64,000 nt of DNA from an uncultured Acidobacteriota bacterium (GTDB lineage: Bacteria; Acidobacteriota; Vicinamibacteria; Vicinamibacterales; 2-12-FULL-66-21): positions 72,912-136,911 of the forward strand of contig CAWEMY010000011.1 in NCBI GenBank assembly GCA_963810305.1, given 5' to 3'. Made by a program: the position numbers and the translations under genes. Below the pieces are notes generated by a model that had not been told where the DNA came from, ran no database searches, and was given only the letters and a program-made list of their open reading frames with translations. Shown piece after piece: positions 1 to 9,287 of the stretch (position 1 is the stretch's first letter; each line of letters starts with the position of its first letter).

Positions 1-110
1 CCTCGCGCCGTCATAGCATCCGCGAACGAGGCGGAGCATCGCCCGATGTGGTTAGTGCTCCATCCCTCACGACATCGAACAACTTGCGTGCGAGTTCGGG
101 AGAAATAGCA

Positions 111-3100
111 ATGCTCCATCGAAGTCTGGTTTTCCTGGTGATGTTACTGATGGCTCCGGCCGGCGCATGGGCGCAGCTGACGACGGGAACCATCACCGGA
201 GTAGTCAAGGACAGCAGCGGCGGTTTCGTGCCTGGTGTCACGGTCGTCGTCCAGAACGTCGAGACGGGCGCGGCGCGCACCATCGTGACCGGCGCTGACG
301 GCCGCTACGAGGCGCCAAATCTGCCGGTTGGTAATTACGCCGTCAAGGCGGAGCTGACGGGCTTCCAGACCACCAACCGCAGCGGGATCAACCTGACGGT
401 CGGGCGAACGGCCGTCGTCGACCTGGAACTGAAGGTCGGAAACATGACCGAGGCGGTTGAGGTGAAAGGCGAAGCCGCCCTCCTGGAAACCACGTCGGCC
501 ACCGTGTCCAACCTCGTTGACGCCAAGAGGGTGGTCGAGCTGCCGTTGATCAACCGTGACCTGACGCAGTTGACGTTCCTGCAGCCCGGCGTGTTGAAAA
601 TGCCGACACCCGGCGCCGGCAACTCCGGATCCTTCAGCGGCATGGGTGACAAGCTGAGCGTCGCCGGCGCGCGCGGCAATCAGAACATCTTCATGCTCGA
701 CGGCGTCTCGAACAGCGATCTGTCAGGCAATCCGCAGGGCGCGACGGGCGGCTACGCGGGCGCGGAGACGATCCAGGAGTTCCAGATCATCACCAACAAC
801 TACTCTGCGGAATACCGGAGCCAGGCCGGCGCGATCATCAGCGCCGTGACCAAGTCAGGCACGAACCGGTTCCGTGGGTCGATGTTCGAATTCCACCGCA
901 ACGACGCCCTGGACGCCTCGAACTTCTTCGACAAGAAATTCGGCGTGGAAAAACCCCAATTCGATCGCAACCAGTTTGGCGGGTCGGTCGGCGGACCGAT
1001 CGCCCGCAACCGTACCTTCTTCTTCACCGCCTACGAAGGGCTGCGGCAGGATCAGGGGCAGACGTCCACGATCAACGTTCCCACCATGGCGGCGCGTCAG
1101 GGGATCCTGCCAACCGGCAATGTGACGGTCAATCCGATCGTGGTCCCGTATCTGAACCTGTATCCCGTGCCCGGCGACGGCAACACGGTGGTGAGGGATC
1201 TGAACAACGGTACCGTTCAGCTCGCATATGCAGCGAACGAGAAGATCGATGGCGATCTGTTTACTCTGAAGCTCGATCATCGGTTGAGCGACGGCAAGAA
1301 GGGGATGTTGAGCGGGACCTACAATTACGATGACTCGTCCCGCCAGAATTTTGGCATCCTGCGCAGTGACGCGCTCCTGAACAACAAGCATGCGCTCGCG
1401 ATCAAGCACACCAGCGTGCTGGCGGCGACGACGCTGCTCGACTCCAGCTTCAACTTCAGCGATACCCAGCCGGAAGGGGACGTACCTTTGATGCCGCCGG
1501 ACGACCCGGCGCTGGTGTTCACCCCTGGAAAACCACGCATCGGCGAGCTCATTATTTCCAGCCCGAGCATCAGCATGCTCGGTACCTCCAGGGATCGGGA
1601 CGCGTATTTCCAGCGAAGCTATTCCCTCGGTCAGAATCTGACCTTCCAGCGCGGCCGCCACTCGATGCGAGTCGGCTACGACGCGAGTTTTTACCGCTAC
1701 ATCCAGGACACCTGCTCGAACGGCTGCTTCGGAAGTTACACGTTCCGCACGCTGACAACCTTCCTTCAGAACGTGCCACGGCGGTTCGATGCCCGCCTGC
1801 CGGACGCTGTCAACGTCAAGACGCTGGACCAGGCAATGATCGGCACCTATGTCCAGGACAACTTCAGGATTTCGCCGTCGTTCACGCTGAACTTGGGACT
1901 GCGCTACGAGTACTCGAGCGTTCCGGAAGAACGCAACGGCGCGACATCCCACGTGACGGATCTGACGCTCGAGACCCCGCTGGCGCAACTCAACGAGCCT
2001 GGCGCTCTCTACAAGAATCCGATGGGGAAGGCGTTCAGTCCGCGGGTCGGGTTCGCGTGGGCGCCGGGAGACGCGAAGACCTCCATTCGGGGAGGCTTCG
2101 GCATGTATTACGAGCACCCCGGGTTCTACCACATCCGTACCGCCCTGCAGGAACAACTGCCGTTCAATCAGTTGGGACGCATCGACGACGTCGACGCGAA
2201 CCGGCTGGGGCGTCCGCTCCGCTTCCCGGATGCGTACACCACGCAGGCCGACATGCTCGCCGGCCGGGCGAGCATGCGCGGGTTCCAGTACGACCTCGAC
2301 ACCTCGTACGGCTACCGCTGGAGTCTGACCGCTCAGCGCCAGTTCGGAGCGAACTGGGTCGCGACCGCGGGCTACACGGGATCGCAGTTCATGAATCTCT
2401 GGTGGCAGGGTCTTCCCAATATCAAACAGTGGGAGGGGTACCCCGCGCAGCCGTCAGGTCCGAAGTTCTTCCCGGCAGGCGCGCCGCTGATCAACCCGGA
2501 ACTGGCAGACGCGCGAATTCAGTACTCGAACGCTGATGCCAACTATCACGGCGGATCGTTCAGCCTGCAGAAGCGGTTCAGCGCCGGCCTGCATTTCCAG
2601 GCCTCGTACACCCTGTCAAAGACGGTTGACGACGGGTCCGGGGTCACGAGCGGCGGCGATCGGTTCCCGCAGGGACAGCGCTTCATGTATGCGTGGGACC
2701 TGGAAAAGAGGCACGGGTTGTCGGCGTACGACATCCGCAACAACTTCACTTCGAATTTCACCTATCAGCTGCCATGGGGGCAGACCCTCACGGGAATCAC
2801 GGGGGCGCTCGTCAAAGGATGGCAGGTCAACGGAATCCTGACGCTGATGGACGGCTCGCCGCTCACGGTGTTCGACAGCAACACCGCGCAGGCGGACCGG
2901 ATCGGCCCGACCGAGGGGTTGACCGTGGACCTGGTCCCCGGAGGAAATCCGAACCCGGTGCTGGGCGGATCGGACCGTTATTACGATGTCACCCAGTTCG
3001 CACCGTCGAAGGTGGGTTTCTTCGGAACCCTTCCACGCAACACCTTGATCGGGCCAGGCTTCGCCAGCTTCGATACCTCGGTGTTCAAGACCTTTACGCT

Positions 3101-3281
3101 GAACCAGGGTCGAGAGCTGTCGCTGCGCTTCGAAGTGTTCAACGTGTTCAATCGGGTGAATCTCGGCACGCCTGACATGACCGCGTTCATCGACGGCGTC
3201 GTGAATCCCCAGGCCGGCGAGATTGACAGTACGCGCGGCCCCGCGCGCCAGATGCAAGTGGGCGTGCGGTTCGTTTTCTAG
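111..3281 (+). CDS. TonB-dependent outer-membrane receptor with N-terminal carboxypeptidase-regulatory-like domain
   Basis: ORF 48..3281. The internal ATG at 111 gives signal peptide MLHRSLVFLVMLLMAPAGAWAQ. TGTITGVVKDSSGGFVPGVTVVVQNVETG...GRYEAPNLPVGNY is a CarboxypepD_reg-type signature. The >1000 aa barrel ends in aromatic ...GVRFVF. Confidence 0.85.
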   Translation: MLHRSLVFLVMLLMAPAGAWAQLTTGTITGVVKDSSGGFVPGVTVVVQNVETGAARTIVTGADGRYEAPNLPVGNYAVKAELTGFQTTNRSGINLTVGRTAVVDLELKVGNMTEAVEVKGEAALLETTSATVSNLVDAKRVVELPLINRDLTQLTFLQPGVLKMPTPGAGNSGSFSGMGDKLSVAGARGNQNIFMLDGVSNSDLSGNPQGATGGYAGAETIQEFQIITNNYSAEYRSQAGAIISAVTKSGTNRFRGSMFEFHRNDALDASNFFDKKFGVEKPQFDRNQFGGSVGGPIARNRTFFFTAYEGLRQDQGQTSTINVPTMAARQGILPTGNVTVNPIVVPYLNLYPVPGDGNTVVRDLNNGTVQLAYAANEKIDGDLFTLKLDHRLSDGKKGMLSGTYNYDDSSRQNFGILRSDALLNNKHALAIKHTSVLAATTLLDSSFNFSDTQPEGDVPLMPPDDPALVFTPGKPRIGELIISSPSISMLGTSRDRDAYFQRSYSLGQNLTFQRGRHSMRVGYDASFYRYIQDTCSNGCFGSYTFRTLTTFLQNVPRRFDARLPDAVNVKTLDQAMIGTYVQDNFRISPSFTLNLGLRYEYSSVPEERNGATSHVTDLTLETPLAQLNEPGALYKNPMGKAFSPRVGFAWAPGDAKTSIRGGFGMYYEHPGFYHIRTALQEQLPFNQLGRIDDVDANRLGRPLRFPDAYTTQADMLAGRASMRGFQYDLDTSYGYRWSLTAQRQFGANWVATAGYTGSQFMNLWWQGLPNIKQWEGYPAQPSGPKFFPAGAPLINPELADARIQYSNADANYHGGSFSLQKRFSAGLHFQASYTLSKTVDDGSGVTSGGDRFPQGQRFMYAWDLEKRHGLSAYDIRNNFTSNFTYQLPWGQTLTGITGALVKGWQVNGILTLMDGSPLTVFDSNTAQADRIGPTEGLTVDLVPGGNPNPVLGGSDRYYDVTQFAPSKVGFFGTLPRNTLIGPGFASFDTSVFKTFTLNQGRELSLRFEVFNVFNRVNLGTPDMTAFIDGVVNPQAGEIDSTRGPARQMQVGVRFVF

Positions 3282-3319
3282 AGACGTTTACTTCTTTCAT
3301 TCGGACGCGAGGTAGCTGG

Positions 3320-4663
3320 ATGTCGCCTCCCTTGTCACGTTTGCGCCGGCTCGCACCGGCCATCATCGCTGGTTCGCTGGTTTTGGCTGGCGGGTCGCCG
3401 CGATGGCTATCGGGCACCGATGCCACGAGCCAGCGCGCTGGAACGCTGGTCGCGTTCGAGCCGATGCCGAATCTCTGCGTGATGCCGGCGGCCGAGCAGC
3501 GCGCCGCGATGCGGCAGGAGTATGCGGCGATCCAGGCGGGCCGAGTGGTCAGCGGCGCGGCGACTCCGGAGCGGACGATCAAGGATCCCTATCCCTCCTT
3601 CGCCGGTGTGTCGGTTGATCCGGTTCGGAACGAAGTCGTCTTTACCGACGAGAGCCTGTTTCAGGTCCTGGTCTACGACCGCACGGCGAATACGCCTGCG
3701 GGTGTGACCCCTCCGAAGCGGGTGATCGTCGGCGAGAAGACGAATATCGAGTTTCAGTCCAGTGCCTGGGTGGACCCGAAGACCGGCGAAATCTACGCCG
3801 TGAACAACGACACTCGCGACACCACCGTCGTGTTCGGGGCCGGCGCCACCGGCAATGCGGCACCGGTGCGCAGCATCGCCACGCCGCACGGTTCCTTCGG
3901 GATCGCGGCCGCTGAAGCGCACGACGAAGTGCTGATGACGATTCAGCATGATTCGGCGATCGTCGCCTACAAGAAGAGTGCTGGAGAGGGGGATGCGCCG
4001 GTCCGAATGCTCCAGGGGCTTGCGACCAAGCTGGCCGACCCGCACGGGATCGCGTATGACCCGCAGGAGGACGTGATCTACGTCGCCAATTTCGGCGCGA
4101 CGCACGATGTCAGCGCCAAGGAGGGTGGCGGCCGGGACCGGCGCGGCCGGGGACGGACAAACTGGCCGCTCGGGCGCGACCAGGCAGTGCCGGGTTCCGG
4201 CACGATCAACAAGCCATCGATCAGCGTCCACCGCCGTCTCGCAACCGCCAACGAACCGCCGGTTCGCGTCATCGAGGGACCCGCGGCGCAACTGAACTGG
4301 CCCACTGGGCTGGCCTTCGATCCGGGCAGCCGCGAGCTGTATGTCGCGAACGACATGGGCCCGTCGATTGTGGTGTTCGACGCCGCCGCGAAGGGCGACG
4401 TCGCCCCGAAGAGGGTGCTCAAGGGATCCAGGACCGGTCTGGCGAATCCGACGGCGGTCTCACTCGATCTGAAGAACAACGAGCTGTGGGTGGCGAACTT
4501 CGGCGGTCACTCGGGCGTGGCGTTCGACCTGAAAGCCTCTGGCAACATTGCGCCCAAGAGAATTATCCGCAACGCTCCGCCGAACACGCCGTCGCTGATG
4601 ATCGGCAATCCCGGAGCGGTCGGCTACGACACGAAACGGGAGAACATCCTCGTCCCTAATTGA
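3320..4663 (+). CDS. Secreted beta-propeller repeat protein, portion upstream of an in-frame TGA (candidate selenoprotein, N-part)
   Basis: ORF 3320..4663. Hydrophobic N-terminal leader. Reiterated blade motif (..E[IL]xVAN..[IV]xVF....G[DN]xAPxRxI.G..T.L..P.G[IV]A.D). Ends ..ENILVPN-TGA. Paralog of 37774..39102. Confidence 0.8.
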   Translation: MSPPLSRLRRLAPAIIAGSLVLAGGSPRWLSGTDATSQRAGTLVAFEPMPNLCVMPAAEQRAAMRQEYAAIQAGRVVSGAATPERTIKDPYPSFAGVSVDPVRNEVVFTDESLFQVLVYDRTANTPAGVTPPKRVIVGEKTNIEFQSSAWVDPKTGEIYAVNNDTRDTTVVFGAGATGNAAPVRSIATPHGSFGIAAAEAHDEVLMTIQHDSAIVAYKKSAGEGDAPVRMLQGLATKLADPHGIAYDPQEDVIYVANFGATHDVSAKEGGGRDRRGRGRTNWPLGRDQAVPGSGTINKPSISVHRRLATANEPPVRVIEGPAAQLNWPTGLAFDPGSRELYVANDMGPSIVVFDAAAKGDVAPKRVLKGSRTGLANPTAVSLDLKNNELWVANFGGHSGVAFDLKASGNIAPKRIIRNAPPNTPSLMIGNPGAVGYDTKRENILVPN

Positions 4664-5488
4664 GTCGCTCATCCGCAGATTGCGGTGTTCGCCAGGCTGG
4701 CGGACGGAGGGGCGCAGAGACTGAGGGCAATTGAAGGACAGGCGACGTTGCTTGGCCGGACGATGCACGCGATTGCGTATGACGCGATTCACGACGAGAT
4801 CGTCGTGCCGCAGCAGTTCGGCCAGGCGATTTTGACCTATGCGGGAGACGCGGCCGGGGAGGCCCCCCCCAAGCGGGTGATCATCGGGTCGAAGACGCAA
4901 CTTAGCCGGCCGGACAGGGTGGGGATCGATGCCGTGAACAACGAGATCCTGGTGCCGGAAGACGACAAGGTGCTGGTGTTCCCTCGTGAGGGGCAGGGCA
5001 ACGTCGCGCCGATCCGCATCGTCGGAGGGGCCGAAGCAGGCGTGATGGGGACCGAGGCGGTGGTCGTTGATGCGAAACGCGATCTCATGATCGTCGCGGG
5101 CAACTATCGGCAGGGGGAACGAGCCTCGAATTCACTGATGATCTTCGATCGCACCGCCTCGGGGAACACCAAACCGAAGCGTGTTATTACCGGGATCCCG
5201 GACAACCGTAACATCGCGATCGAGCCGGAAGGAGGATGGATTTTCGTGGCGCTGCCGGGCACTATCGCGCATCCCTACGGACATGTCGGCGTCTGGCACA
5301 TCGACGACAACGGCGAGGTGCCTCCCAAGTTCCGTATCGGCGGCCCGAATGGGTCGCTGCGCATGCCGCGGGGAGTGGTGCTCGACCCGAAGAACCAGTC
5401 GGTGATCGTGTCTGACAAGAAGCTGAACGCCATTCTTACGTTCAGAATTCCGGAGATCTTTACGGCGACGGCCGCGCAACGGCGATGA
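4664..5488 (+). CDS. Continuation of the same beta-propeller protein downstream of the in-frame TGA (the ORF track starts it at GTG 4685)
   Basis: Same reading frame as 3320..4663, with 7 sense codons (VAHPQIA) between the TGA and GTG 4685. The blade motif QIAVFARLADGGAQRLRAIEGQATLL..HAIAYD..DEIVV begins before the GTG. No Shine-Dalgarno ahead of 4685. Paralog of 36850..37752. Confidence 0.7.
   Translation, partial: VAHPQIAVFARLADGGAQRLRAIEGQATLLGRTMHAIAYDAIHDEIVVPQQFGQAILTYAGDAAGEAPPKRVIIGSKTQLSRPDRVGIDAVNNEILVPEDDKVLVFPREGQGNVAPIRIVGGAEAGVMGTEAVVVDAKRDLMIVAGNYRQGERASNSLMIFDRTASGNTKPKRVITGIPDNRNIAIEPEGGWIFVALPGTIAHPYGHVGVWHIDDNGEVPPKFRIGGPNGSLRMPRGVVLDPKNQSVIVSDKKLNAILTFRIPEIFTATAAQRR
4673..4705 (+). 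promoter_or_regulatory. Putative SECIS-like tandem hairpins after TGA 4661-4663
   Basis: Hairpin 1: CCGCA-GAU-UGCGG (4673-4685). Hairpin 2: GUUCGCC-AGGCU-GGCGGAC (4687-4705), a 7 bp stem including one G-U pair. The loop resembles AGGUU of the CUAEP radical SAM hairpin in this window. Covaries with the paralog at 37732-37764. Confidence 0.55.
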
Positions 5489-5553
5489 ACCCGGCGGGCG
5501 AACACAGCAGAGGCTTGGTGGAGCCGCACATGGCGGAAGAGGACGAGAGACAT

Positions 5554-7430
5554 ATGCATAAGAAAATCCTGAGTTGGATCACTATCGCGGCGTTTAGTTT
5601 CAGCAGTCTCGGCACGACCGCGTTTGCGCAGCAGGTGCCGCCGGAGCTGATCACGTATCCGGAGCTCATCGTGCACAACGCGAACGTCCTGACCTTGGAC
5701 GCCAAGGACACCGTTGCCCAGGCCGTCGCTATTCGCGATGGAAAATTCCTGGCAGTCGGCACCAATGCCGCGATCATGCGACTCGCGGGCCCGAAAACGC
5801 AGAAGATCGACGCGAAGGGGCAGACGGTGATGCCGGGCATCGTCAACACGCACATCCATCCGAATCGTTCGGTGATGAGCCAGTACTTCGAGCAGTTCCC
5901 GCCGGAAGTGCAGACCATGCTTCGAGCGAGCGGCCGACTCACGAAGCCGCGCGACAAGGCGGATGCGCTGGCGCAGATCGCCAACGCCGCTCGGGCCGAG
6001 AAGGGTGCGTGGGTCAAGATCGGCGGGCAACGAACCGATCTGGTCCTGCACGAGCTCCGCATTGCGGATCTCGACGCAGGCCGTTCCCGATAAGCCGCTC
6101 CTCATCACGCTCTCCGGCTGGTGGGGCATCATCAACAGCAAGGCGCTCGCCGAGCTGAAGAAGCGCTACCCGGAACCGACCGGCCTGGTGACGATGGCCC
6201 CGGATGATGCCGCCGTCCCCAAGCACGCTGCCAAAACCGCCCGCCAGGGCAAGTCGAGCGACGAGGGCAAGTTCACGGGTCACATCATGGGGACTCCCGT
6301 TCTGGCTCGTGCGCGAAGAGTTGATCCCGAAACCGACGGCGGAATTCCTCGCGCCTTACTTTGCGAAGTTCCTGAAGGAACAGCTCGTCCCGGCCGGCAT
6401 GACGACGATGTCGTCGCGATTCTCGGCGCTCGAGATCCGCGCCTATCGCCTGGCGGAAAAAGACGGCAAGCTGCCGATGCGGATTGCCTTCGGCCACGAA
6501 GTGGGCCGCTGGAATCCGATTTTCGAGCGCGACATGCAGCGGGTCATGACCGACGTCATGAACTACGGGACCGACATGATGTGGCTCAGTTCGATCTCCA
6601 TCGGCATCCCGGACTCCAATCCGCTGCAGGGCGCCGGGGCGATCTGCTCGACGTTCCCGAAGCTGCAGCTCCGGGAGGGTGAAGGGTTCCCCGATGGCGT
6701 CTGCCTGTGGGACATCGAGGGAGATCCCACCAAAGAGACCATCAAAACGATCAATCGCCTCGGCTATCGTGTGGGCAACACACACACCTACGGCGATCTT
6801 GGCCTGCAGATGGCCATCGACACTCTGGAAGAGGCGAAGAAGGAACGGCCGCTCCAGCCGCTGACGGCGCTCGATCACAGCCAGTTGTTCAATCCCAACG
6901 TCATCAAGCGATCCGGCGAACTGGGGATGATCTGGAGTCTGAACCCCGGCATGTTCGCGGGCGCGCGCAGCGGCGCGATCGAAGGGACCTACGGCAAGGA
7001 GGTTGCGAACCGGATGCTGTCGCCGGTCAAGAGCCTGCTGGATGCCGGCGCGCTGGTCTCCTATGAAGGAGAAGAAGGGACTGAGAACCCGTTCAATTCA
7101 CTCGAGACGCTGGTCCGCCGTCAGACGGCGCGCGGCCACGTCCTCGGTGAGCGTGAGAAGGTCGACCGCCGGACCGCGCTGCGCATCATGACCGAGAACG
7201 GCGCCAAGTACGTCCTCAAGGAAAAGGAAATCGGCTCGATCGAAGTCGGCAAGTGGGGCGACTTGATCGTCATCGACCGGAACCCGCTCGATCCGAAAGC
7301 GGTTCCCGACGACCAGCTCGCCGACATGATCGTGATGTATACGGTCGTCGGCGGCAAAGTGATGTTCGACCACACGAGGGATCCGCGGCCGAAGCTGAGC
7401 AAGTCGGTCGGGTCCGATAACGAAAGATAG
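5554..7430 (+). pseudogene. Amidohydrolase-3 family metal-dependent hydrolase, secreted, interrupted by two frame changes (pseudogene or assembly indels)
   Basis: Signal peptide MHKKILSWITIAAFSFSSLGTTAFAQQ and HxH motif NTHIHP in the frame of 5485..6093. The middle piece AVPDKPLLITLSGWWGIINSKAL is in the frame of 5963..6682. The C-terminal GKWGDLIVIDRNPL..VVGGKVMFD is in 6204..7430. Shifts lie near 6079-6080 (GG) and 6289-6292 (G4 run). Confidence 0.7.
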
Positions 7431-7443
7431 GATCGGCGAGCAC

Positions 7444-7480
7444 GTCAAGACCGCCGGGATGCATTCCTGGCGGTCTTGAC
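7444..7480 (+). terminator. Perfect 12-bp stem hairpin after the amidohydrolase gene
   Basis: GTCAAGACCGCC (7444-7455) and GGCGGTCTTGAC (7469-7480) with a 13-nt loop, 14 nt after the stop at 7430. No T-tract follows, so intrinsic-terminator function is inferred only. Confidence 0.5.
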
Positions 7481-7520
7481 GAATCGCACATCATCCACGA
7501 TCATCGAGGGGTTGGGCCCA

Positions 7521-8132
7521 GTGCGGACTTCTATTTCGATTCAGGCGGCGTTTCTCTCAATTGCGCTGGCGGCGGCAATCAGCGTCGGCATGCCTCAACC
7601 GGTCCAGGCGCAGCAGGCCGAGTCCAAAGCCCAGGTGGAATCCAAAGTGATGCTCGACATCGGCAACGCCGATGGCCCGCCCGGGCGAACGCTTCCGTTG
7701 CCGCTCAACATCTCGGTGCCGGAAGGGATGAAGATCGCTGAGTTCGAATTGGATGTACGTTTCGAAAAAGACGTGGTGTCCTTCACCCGCGCCGACCTCG
7801 CGCCTCAGGGCACGGCCGACGAGATCAAGTTGACGAGCACGGTCGAACCCGATCCCAAGAGCGAGAAGCACTCAATTCTCAAGCTCAAAGGGGTCACCAC
7901 GAAATCACTCAGCAGCGGCGCGGTCGCCGATCTCTTTTTCCGCATCAACCCCAAAGCCAAACCGCCGGGCGGGAGCACCGGTCACAAGGCTGCGAAGTTC
8001 ACGACGATCCTCAAGAAGGACGCCAGGGTGAAAGTCGCGGAAGGGCAGCTGGCGGCTGCCGGCGGCAGGGACGGCGAGATCGACATTACGTCCGGAACCG
8101 CAATCTTCGGGTGCTTCTTCTACATGCATTAG
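7521..8132 (+). CDS. Secreted cohesin-domain-like protein with unusual aromatic/Cys C-terminus
   Basis: ORF 7476..8132. GTG at 7521 follows GAGGGG and gives signal peptide VRTSISIQAAFLSIALAAAISVGMPQPVQAQQ. LPLPLNISVPEGMKIAEFELDVRFEKDVVSF resembles cohesin-fold proteins. Ends ..AIFGCFFYMH. Confidence 0.5.
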   Translation: MRTSISIQAAFLSIALAAAISVGMPQPVQAQQAESKAQVESKVMLDIGNADGPPGRTLPLPLNISVPEGMKIAEFELDVRFEKDVVSFTRADLAPQGTADEIKLTSTVEPDPKSEKHSILKLKGVTTKSLSSGAVADLFFRINPKAKPPGGSTGHKAAKFTTILKKDARVKVAEGQLAAAGGRDGEIDITSGTAIFGCFFYMH

Positions 8133-8400
8133 CGAGCGCCGCGCGGCGCGGCGCGTCGAACGCGGCGGAGCGGGCTGCCGGCATCGCGCCAGGGAGCTGA
8201 CGTGACTCCACCGCATGGCGTCGCGCCTGCCGGGAGAAGGCAGGAACGAGGAGGTCGGCTTGCATCCACACCGCTTGGCCGTTGGGCTCGCGCTCCCCTT
8301 CTAGCTTCGCGGGGCATCTGCGAAGCGATCTTCGCAGCAGGTCGCCAAGCACACTACCGGGCCGCTTCGGTTTAGAATTCCGCGGCATCCGATCTGTCAG

Positions 8401-9067
8401 TCACGGCATTACTGTAAAGCACGGCACAAGCGAGTCGTTCGGAACCACCGTCAGTCTCGTCGAACCGATCTGAAGGACTCCCGTCCGACAGACACGCGTC
8501 CCGCCTGCCGGTATGGTGAACGCGGTCGAGATGATGTACCTGTCGCCACCGCGCGGAACTGTCAGTGGCGCGCTTGTGCTGACGGTCGCACCAGTTTGAT
8601 CCGTAACAACGAGCGTCAGCGTGCCGGAATCCGCAGACGCCACGCCATAGCCGCCTTGCAACCACACAGTTGCGGTGGTGCCAACTTTGAAGCTGCCTTG
8701 ATACGCCGCCGCTGACACACGAAGCCCGTCTTGCAGATGTACCGTCAACAGCGCCGACGCGCTCTGGCCGGAGTAGGTCGTAGTCAGTGTCGCCTGGCCC
8801 CCTGACTTCGCTACGAAGGCACCGGTCCCCAGCGAGGTAACGATGTTCGGATCGCTCGACATCCATACCGCGTCTATGCTCACGTTGACCGAACCCGCCC
8901 TGACCAGGCAGACCACGATGTCACCGGCGAGTACCTGTTGGCGCATTGCACGTGAGTACGAGTCCCGACCCCGGCGAAGGGGCGCCCGGAGCCGTGGGCA
9001 CGACACTCCCGCACGCAGCCGCCATCGATAGGGCCGCGCTGAGGGCGCCGATGCGACTCATTGGCAT
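8401..9067 (-). CDS. Big_2 (bacterial Ig-like) domain lipoprotein, N-terminus one frame off
   Basis: ORF 8401..9006 contains VSIDAVWMSSDPNIVTSLGTGAFVAKSGGQATLTTTYSGQSASALLTV (Big_2-like). A lipoprotein-type leader MPMSRIGALSAALSMAAAC starts at ATG 9067 in another frame, implying a frame change near 8925-8945. Confidence 0.5.
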
Positions 9068-9287
9068 GGCCCACACATGATAATCATAGTGTCGCTGGGG
9101 CGCGCGTTTGCTGCGTCGGGAAGGCCATGATAGCCGACGAATCGGAGGCTACTCGCGAGCCCAGCTTCAACTATCCGCTTCGTATCGATCAGTCGCGAAG
9201 GTATTTCGACCGGCCGACGGTGGATCAAAAAGCCGCTACTTCGAAGGCCGGATGCCCGGCTAACGGCCTCTATAACGACGCGGAGCG

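Noticed and set aside
855-2156. Long ORFs antisense to or overlapping confident genes (e.g. 855..2156-, 11453..13261+, 15932..17878-, 19243..20574+, 23616..25460-, 51879..53675+ upstream part, 49213..50208-)
   Set aside because: Their translations are Arg/Gly/Pro/Ala-rich low-complexity strings, typical of non-coding frames in GC-rich DNA. Each is fully shadowed by a gene with clear family motifs on the other strand or frame.
4661-4687. Reading the TGA at 4661 (and at 37776) as an ordinary stop followed by re-initiation at the GTG 7 codons later
   Set aside because: This remains the null hypothesis, but it is less well supported. The frame is kept in both paralogs. The blade repeat spans the stop and the pre-GTG codons. 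There is no ribosome-binding site. A covarying hairpin with a loop like the CUAEP-gene hairpin follows. Experimental or comparative confirmation is still needed.
8133-8400. Non-coding gaps (8133-8400, 9070-9287, 22620-22710, 23537-23668, 56482-56576) inspected by eye for tRNA, small RNA or riboswitch-like features
   Set aside because: No cloverleaf-compatible stems or recognisable riboswitch cores were seen. A covariance-model scan would be needed to be sure.
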